Shown here: positions 14,868-20,458 of the stretch, in pieces
How the letters are laid out: each line of letters starts with the position of its first letter
Numbering within the stretch: the first letter of the stretch is position 1
NCBI GenBank assembly: GCA_049969675.1
Contig: JBMFOP010000057.1
Coordinates: forward strand, 1 to 20,458
DNA: 20,458 bases
From: Myxococcota bacterium
Lineage (GTDB): Bacteria > Myxococcota > SpSt-1050
Direction: 5' to 3'
Translations under genes and position numbers: made by a program
Notes under the pieces: generated by a model
What the model saw: the letters and a program-made list of their open reading frames with translations, nothing else
Database searches by the model: none
What the model was told of the DNA's origin: nothing

Positions 14868-16139
14868 TTATCCTCTATCATTGTAATTTTGTGACAAAAG
14901 CGCAATAAATTTCTGATTTATCTTCTCAGCATTCAGATCTTTTGAGAGTGTTGAAAATTTGTATTGAGAATTTATCAATTCATCAATCTCGCTTAAAAGG
15001 ACTATAGCAATTTTGTTGTCAGAAAGTTCATATCTGAGCACATTGATGATATCTTTGTAATTGATTAATGGTATCTCCTCATCAAGAATTATTATTGAAG
15101 GTCTTATACGGTTATATAATTTTAATGCAGTAATCCCATCATTGGTTACAAATATCTTCCATCCCAACCTTTCAAGTGATATCTTTAGATAATTGCTCTT
15201 CATCGGGTCATATACAGCAATCAATATGGTGCCTTTCTCCGGTATCTGACTTATGGACTGTCTCCTATCTGAAAATATCAGATTTCCACCCCTGCTCTTG
15301 AGATATCTGAATATATCATCAGCAGTCTTATATAGTTCAATTATGCTATGTAAATATCTGGTAATAATCACGGTTGTAATTGTGGTAATAGGTATGTCGT
15401 ATATATTTCCAGTCCTATCCTGCATTACGAAGAATTGCCTCGTAAGTTCAGAGTTGTCAAATAAAATATTTTTGTATCTTGAAAAGTCTTCATAAATAAA
15501 TGAGCATATCCTTGTCAATTCATCTCGCGGGGAGATAATGGCAAATCTATCCATAAACACATTGTAGGCAGTGGCAGAACCTCTGGTAGGTGAGGCAAAT
15601 ATATTCTTTTTGATAATAGTAGAGAGGAGTCTTAAAAGCGTCTCTGATTTATTTACTCCTTTAGCAGAGTAAAAATATCTAAAGTTATCAATGTCAATGA
15701 ATGCTACAGCAATATCTTTATCCTTATTTGAGAGGTATAAATTCTCAAAGTCAGTATTGCCGGGGAGATATGTTATGGAGTTGACCTCTTTTTGGAGGAG
15801 ATTCTCAATATGTCGCATCTTATCAATAAAGTCCTCTACCGGGACAGATTTACTGATATAAAAATCGCAGTGAGGCAGGATTTCATTAATGTTTTCTGGT
15901 GAAAATCTATCATAGACTAAAATCTTAAACAGGTGAATCTTATTAAAATAATTTGAAAATTCCTCAATAGAAGAAATATCTATCATTAAGATATCGTTTG
16001 GATTTAAATTTGATTCAGAGAGAGAGAGGCAATTGGTGATTCTTTTAATCTTGAATAGTCCGGACAATATATACCTCAATGTCTTGATAAACTCTTTATC
16101 TCTGGTAATTACGAATAGACTTCTTTTAGTAGCCATCAT
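14868..16139 (-). CDS. Degenerate GGDEF-domain protein flanked by atypical receiver-like domains
   Basis: LPGN...AVAFIDIDNFR GGDEF-domain start, with FMDRF in place of GGDEF and a DRTG..P insertion. C-terminal REC (DGITAL...PSIIILD..IP...IVLLS); weak N-terminal REC-like region. Confidence 0.75.
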   Translation of the reverse strand: MMATKRSLFVITRDKEFIKTLRYILSGLFKIKRITNCLSLSESNLNPNDILMIDISSIEEFSNYFNKIHLFKILVYDRFSPENINEILPHCDFYISKSVPVEDFIDKMRHIENLLQKEVNSITYLPGNTDFENLYLSNKDKDIAVAFIDIDNFRYFYSAKGVNKSETLLRLLSTIIKKNIFASPTRGSATAYNVFMDRFAIISPRDELTRICSFIYEDFSRYKNILFDNSELTRQFFVMQDRTGNIYDIPITTITTVIITRYLHSIIELYKTADDIFRYLKSRGGNLIFSDRRQSISQIPEKGTILIAVYDPMKSNYLKISLERLGWKIFVTNDGITALKLYNRIRPSIIILDEEIPLINYKDIINVLRYELSDNKIAIVLLSEIDELINSQYKFSTLSKDLNAEKINQKFIALLSQNYNDRG

Positions 16140-16390
16140 CTACCTCTATTTTTATATAATCACAATCTACAATAAAATCAAGTATTATGACCTGAAGAAT
16201 TTGCTAATCAAATATTTCTGGTTAAATATTTTAAGAATGGAGATATTATCTGTCTCCCCTTTTCTGGATAACGCACTCTAAATATGAATCGTGGGCTGTA
16301 GTTCGTAGACCTGTAATAAGAATTTATTTTGCTCTTTGGCTTTCAAAAATCAGATATCTATAAAATTGAGGAATGAGACTAAAATAAATC

Positions 16391-16436
16391 TTGACATATT
16401 GCGTCAATCTCTGATACATTTGACGCACTATGTCAA
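16391..16436 (+). promoter_or_regulatory. fadN promoter overlapped by two inverted 17-bp operator boxes
   Basis: -35 TTGACA (16391-16396) and extended -10 TGaTACATT (16412-16420). Boxes TTGACATATTGCGTCAA (16391-16407) and TTGACGCACTATGTCAA (16420-16436) are 16/17 reverse complements. Confidence 0.75.
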
Positions 16437-16486
16437 AAGCAGTGGATATAAAAAATTTAACATCAAATTTTTGGAAGGAGGAATAA

Positions 16487-18889
16487 ATGAAGAAGAGAAT
16501 TTATAAGGTTGGAGTTCTGGGCTCTGGCGTTATGGGCTCAGGCATCGCCGCACACCTTGCCAATGCGGGTGTAAATTGTATTATGCTTGATATTGTTCTC
16601 CCGGAGCTTTCGGATGAGGACAGAAAGAAGGGACTTACAAGAGAGTCCAGGGAGTTCAGGAACAAACTCGCTATGATGGGTAAGCAGAATGCATTAAACG
16701 CAAAGCCAGCAGCATTATTCTCCAAGAATATTGCTGACCTGATTGAAGTTGGGAATTTTGAGGACGATTTTGAAAGGCTCAAGGATTGTGATTGGATCGT
16801 TGAGGTAGTAAAAGAGGATCTAAAGATTAAGAACGACCTTTTCAAGAGAATTGAGAAGGAGGTCTTCAGACCGGGTATGATTATATCCTCCAATACATCT
16901 GGAATTCCTATCTCAAAGATGATGGAAGGGCTCTCAACAGAATTTAAAAGACACTTTATGGTGACTCACTTCTTTAACCCTGTTAGATATATGAAGCTCC
17001 TTGAAATCATAGCAGGACCTGAGACATCAAAAGAGGCGATAGAGACGATGACCGAGTTTGGTGAGGTGGTGCTGGGCAAGGGTATTGTCTTTGGCAAAGA
17101 TACCCCAAATTTTGTAGCAAACAGAATCGGGGTCTTTACCATTATGTATACAATGAAAAAGATGATAGAAGAGAATTATGAGGTTGATGAGGTGGATGCC
17201 ATTGTAGGCAAACCAATGGGAAAACCCAAGTCTGCGGCATTCGGAACGGTTGACCTCGTAGGACTGGATACTCTTGTTCATGTATTTAAGAATGTATATG
17301 ATTCTCTGACTCACGATGAGGAGAGAGAGACATTCAGGACCCCAGAATTCTGGCTCAAGATGGTTGAGAAGGGTCTGTGGGGGAATAAGACAAATGCCGG
17401 GTTCTATAAGAAGGATAAGGCGACAAAACAGAAATTTACCATTGACTGGAGAACCCTTGAATATAGGGAGTTCAAAAAGTATGATTATGAATCGCTCTCA
17501 GAGGTAAAGGGCATTGAGGATGTGGGTGAGAGAGTCAGGAGACTGATATCCTATAATGACCGTGCTGGAAGATTTGCATGGGACCTTTTTGCCAGGACAG
17601 TTATTTATGCAACCAACAGGATCGGTGAGATTGCAGATGACATTGTCAATATTGATAATGCGATGAAGTGGGGATTCAACTGGGATAAGGGCCCGTTTGA
17701 AGGTTGGGATGGTGTTGGCCTTGAAGAGACAGTAAAGAGGATGAAGGCGGAGGGATATAAAGTCCCCGAGAAGATAGAAAAGATGCTCTCAATGGGATAC
17801 AGGTCATTTTATAAGACTGAAAATGGTAAGAGATATTATTTTGATTTCTCAACCTACTCATACAAGGAAATTCCGAAGAAAGAGGGTGTCATCTTTATAA
17901 AAGACCTAAGAGATAGTAAGAAGATTGTAGAAGAGAATGATGGTGCAACAATCTATGATATTGGCGATGATGTCCTGCTTCTGGAATTCCACACCAAGAT
18001 GAACTCCATTGATGCAGATATCATATCTATGATGAATAGGGCGGTGGATATAGCAGAGAAAGATTATAGAGGTATAGTGATAGGGAATGAGGCTCAGAAT
18101 TTCTCAGTTGGAGCTAACATCTTTCTGCTGTTGGGTGAGATTATGCAGGGGAACTGGAATAATGTGGAGATGATAGTAAAGGCATTTCAGGATGCAAATA
18201 TGAAGATGAAATTTGCAAAAGTCCCTGTAGTTGGTGCGTGTGCTGGTATGGCACTCGGCGGTGGTTGCGAGGTCCTGTTGCACTGTGATAGAGTTCAGGC
18301 ATGCGGTGAGTCCTATGTCGGTCTTGTTGAAGTCGGTGTGGGTCTGCTTCCCGCAGGTGGCGGTACAAAAGAGACACTGCTTAGATATCTTGAGCCGGTA
18401 ATGGATAATCCAAATGTAGATACATTCTATATAATTGCCAGGGCTTTTGAGCAGATAGCAATGGCAAAGGTAGCCACATCGGCACTTGAGGCGAAGGAGT
18501 TGAAATATTTTAGAAAATCAGATGGCATAACACTCAATCGTGATAGGGTCATTTCTGATGCAAAGAAGGTGGTATTGCACCTGAGTGAAATGAATTATAG
18601 ACCTCCACTCCCATTTAAGTTTAGATTACCGGGCGAATCCGCATATGCTACTATCTGGGCAAATCTTGATACAATGAAGAATGGAAATTATATCTCTGAA
18701 TACGATATGCATATTGCCAAAAAGATTGCATGGGTAATGTGTGGTGGAATTACAAGTAAAGAAATTCTTGTAGATGAGCAATATGTTCTGGATCTGGAGC
18801 GAGAGGCATTCCTGTCGCTCTGTGGAGAACAGAAGACTCAGGAGAGAATACAATATATGCTTATGAATAACAAACCTTTAAGAAACTAA
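16487..18889 (+). CDS. fadN: 3-hydroxyacyl-CoA dehydrogenase/enoyl-CoA hydratase fusion (FadN/YusL type)
   Basis: GSGVMGSGIA Rossmann motif, SSNTSG, HFFNPVRYMKLLE, KDTPNFVANRIG, and a C-terminal crotonase domain (FSVGAN, ALGGGCE). Ends in KPLRN. Confidence 0.94.
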   Translation: MKKRIYKVGVLGSGVMGSGIAAHLANAGVNCIMLDIVLPELSDEDRKKGLTRESREFRNKLAMMGKQNALNAKPAALFSKNIADLIEVGNFEDDFERLKDCDWIVEVVKEDLKIKNDLFKRIEKEVFRPGMIISSNTSGIPISKMMEGLSTEFKRHFMVTHFFNPVRYMKLLEIIAGPETSKEAIETMTEFGEVVLGKGIVFGKDTPNFVANRIGVFTIMYTMKKMIEENYEVDEVDAIVGKPMGKPKSAAFGTVDLVGLDTLVHVFKNVYDSLTHDEERETFRTPEFWLKMVEKGLWGNKTNAGFYKKDKATKQKFTIDWRTLEYREFKKYDYESLSEVKGIEDVGERVRRLISYNDRAGRFAWDLFARTVIYATNRIGEIADDIVNIDNAMKWGFNWDKGPFEGWDGVGLEETVKRMKAEGYKVPEKIEKMLSMGYRSFYKTENGKRYYFDFSTYSYKEIPKKEGVIFIKDLRDSKKIVEENDGATIYDIGDDVLLLEFHTKMNSIDADIISMMNRAVDIAEKDYRGIVIGNEAQNFSVGANIFLLLGEIMQGNWNNVEMIVKAFQDANMKMKFAKVPVVGACAGMALGGGCEVLLHCDRVQACGESYVGLVEVGVGLLPAGGGTKETLLRYLEPVMDNPNVDTFYIIARAFEQIAMAKVATSALEAKELKYFRKSDGITLNRDRVISDAKKVVLHLSEMNYRPPLPFKFRLPGESAYATIWANLDTMKNGNYISEYDMHIAKKIAWVMCGGITSKEILVDEQYVLDLEREAFLSLCGEQKTQERIQYMLMNNKPLRN

Positions 18890-18908
18890 TTTTATAGGAG
18901 GATAAGAT

Positions 18909-20090
18909 ATGAGAGAGGCAGTCATTGTTACAGCAGTAAGGTCTGCAGTAGGGAAGGCAAAGAAAGGCACCTTAAAGGATACAAGGCCGGATGATTTTGG
19001 CGCCGAGATCCTGAAGGAGGCAATAAAGCGTACACCGGGGCTTAAGCCAGAGGATGTTGAAGACCTGGTGGTTGGGAATGCGATGCCGGAGGCGTCTCAG
19101 GGTATGAATCTTGCAAGAATAGTGGGCTGTAGGGCCGGTCTGCCATATAGTGTCCCTGCTATGACGATAAATCGTTTCTGCACTTCTGGATTGAATGCAG
19201 TTGCAATAATTGCAGAGAAGATTATGGCTGGATATATTGATATAGGAATAGGTGGTGGTATTGAATCAATGTCTATGGTACCGATGGGAGGATTTACACC
19301 ATCTATTAACCCAACACTTATGGAGGTATGGCCAGAGGTCTATACACCTATGGGGATGACAGCAGAGAATGTATGCAGAAAATATGGAATAACAAGAGAA
19401 GAGATGGACCAATTTGCCTATGAATCACATATGAAGGCAGCAAAGGCTATCAAAGAGGGGAAGTTTAAAGAGCAGATTCATCCTCTAAAAGTAAAGGTAT
19501 TTTCACAGGGACCAAATTATCGCCCATCTGTAAAAGAGGTAGTATTTGATACGGATGAAGGGGTTAGAGAGGATACAACAATTGAAGGACTTTCAAAGCT
19601 TAAGCCTGTCTTTGCAAAAGACGGTACAGTAACAGCGGGCAATTCTTCTCAGACAAATGACGGTGCAGCATTTCTGGTGCTTATGAGCAGTGATAAGGCT
19701 AAAGAACTCGGGCTAAAGCCTCTTGCAATCTTTAGACATTTTGCTGTGGCTGGTGTTCCACCTGAGGTTATGGGTATAGGCCCTGTTGCGGCAATTAGAA
19801 AGTTGTTCAAGAAGACCGGACTAGATTGGGATAAGATAGACCTTATTGAATTAAACGAGGCTTTCGCCGCTCAGGCGGTCTATTGTATTAAAGAGCTAAA
19901 TATCCCAAAAGATAGATGCAATGTAAATGGCGGTGCGATTGCCCTTGGACATCCACTCGGTTGCACCGGCGCAAAGCTTGCTACTCAGTTAATCTATGAA
20001 CTTAGAAGTAGAAAAGGTAAGTACGGAATTGTGAGTATGTGTATAGGTGGAGGTATGGGAGCCGCTGGACTCTTTGAGATGGTCTATTAA
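18909..20090 (+). CDS. fadA: Acetyl-CoA C-acyltransferase (3-ketoacyl-CoA thiolase)
   Basis: Catalytic motifs NRFCTSG, NEAFA, GHPLG and SMCIGGG; follows fadN. Confidence 0.95.
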   Translation: MREAVIVTAVRSAVGKAKKGTLKDTRPDDFGAEILKEAIKRTPGLKPEDVEDLVVGNAMPEASQGMNLARIVGCRAGLPYSVPAMTINRFCTSGLNAVAIIAEKIMAGYIDIGIGGGIESMSMVPMGGFTPSINPTLMEVWPEVYTPMGMTAENVCRKYGITREEMDQFAYESHMKAAKAIKEGKFKEQIHPLKVKVFSQGPNYRPSVKEVVFDTDEGVREDTTIEGLSKLKPVFAKDGTVTAGNSSQTNDGAAFLVLMSSDKAKELGLKPLAIFRHFAVAGVPPEVMGIGPVAAIRKLFKKTGLDWDKIDLIELNEAFAAQAVYCIKELNIPKDRCNVNGGAIALGHPLGCTGAKLATQLIYELRSRKGKYGIVSMCIGGGMGAAGLFEMVY

Positions 20091-20174
20091 ACCCTTCATT
20101 TAAGGTTATTACCTTATTGATTATTTTGTTTTTGATTATAATATTTCATCAAGTACTCAGGGAAACCTGGTACG

Positions 20175-20217
20175 GCCTCTTTCGTGGGCTCCCCCCACCC
20201 ACGGGAGAGGCTTTTTT
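20175..20217 (+). terminator. Intrinsic terminator downstream of fadA
   Basis: 14-bp stem GCCTCTTTCGTGGG/CCCACGGGAGAGGC (two G-U pairs, valid on the + strand), 9-nt loop, followed by TTTTTT. Confidence 0.8.
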
Positions 20218-20227
20218 ATTTTAATAT

Positions 20228-20247
20228 TTTGTGACAAATATCACAAA
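20228..20247. promoter_or_regulatory. CRP/FNR-family or Rex-like palindromic site
   Basis: TTTGTGA-caaata-TCACAAA contains an exact TGTGA-N6-TCACA. Confidence 0.5.
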
Positions 20248-20289
20248 TCACATCTATCCAGTACAAATTTTCATAGCAAACTTTACGAG

Positions 20290-20409
20290 GCTTCACTTCG
20301 TTAAGTCATTTTCAAAGGGAGGTCTCTCTTTGAATCCCTCATATTTCTATTTTATTTTGTCAATGCCTTATGGCACGAGGCCTTGCGGGCATAAGCCTAA
20401 ACGGCACTT
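20290..20409 (-). mobile_element. Possible isolated left end of an IS4-family element
   Basis: The minus strand begins AAGTGCCGTTTAGGCTTATG (loosely similar to the IS4 end TAATGCCGATCAGTTAAG), followed by a subterminal palindrome, TTGACA and an anti-SD GACCTCCC. No transposase follows. Confidence 0.35.
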
Positions 20410-20458
20410 AAGGTTTTGTGTTATTTTTTTGTGCTGTGCTTACGCAGATGCACAATAG

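Noticed and set aside
16290..16312. GGGCTGTAGTTC resembling a tRNA 5' end
   Set aside because: No cloverleaf, T-arm or acceptor-stem partner follows.
550..18853. Numerous antisense or alternate-frame ORFs in the track (e.g. 550..753, 954..1325, 7542..7925, 8574..9011, 13849..14250, 16501..16893)
   Set aside because: Shadows of well-supported genes, with no motifs or translation signals.
20151..20200. Group II intron domain V-like GGGAAACC...GTACGG
   Set aside because: The AGC/CGC catalytic triad and the paired 5' strand are missing.
20231..20458. 75-aa ORF at the window end
   Set aside because: No SD; it starts inside a palindromic site and runs through a probable IS-end relic.

Overview
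AT-rich chromosomal segment from a diderm bacterium. Lipoproteins, outer-membrane barrels, a FadN-type beta-oxidation pair and a KKY-loop ClpX suggest a delta-proteobacterial/Myxococcota-like host (inference only). Gene order: (i) a six-gene nickel-type ECF uptake operon (nikK-like DUF4198, nikL-like, outer-membrane barrel, nikM, nikQ, nikO); (ii) a helical-repeat lipoprotein, yjbQ, a 40-aa membrane sORF, yceI and a Cys-rich lipoprotein; (iii) a decayed ~1.9 kb tract with miniature IS derivatives and a 5'-truncated outer-membrane protein gene; (iv) a protein-quality-control cluster; (v) fadN-fadA behind a double palindromic operator. The quality-control cluster holds an unannotated 23-aa Lys/Ala/Thr peptide gene, whose terminator abuts rqcH (NFACT). 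rqcH converges on an orphan clpX with altered substrate loops, which sits 3 nt after a catalytically degenerate GGDEF-receiver gene. Main signals missed by the ORF track: two pairs of inverted ~81-82% identical miniature IS copies (IS1380-like, one with a TAAAA target duplication; IS4/DUF4372-like, bracketing the peptide gene and rqcH), the Lys-rich leader gene, and several operator or RNA-structure motifs. All family assignments come from motif recognition by eye, not from database searches.
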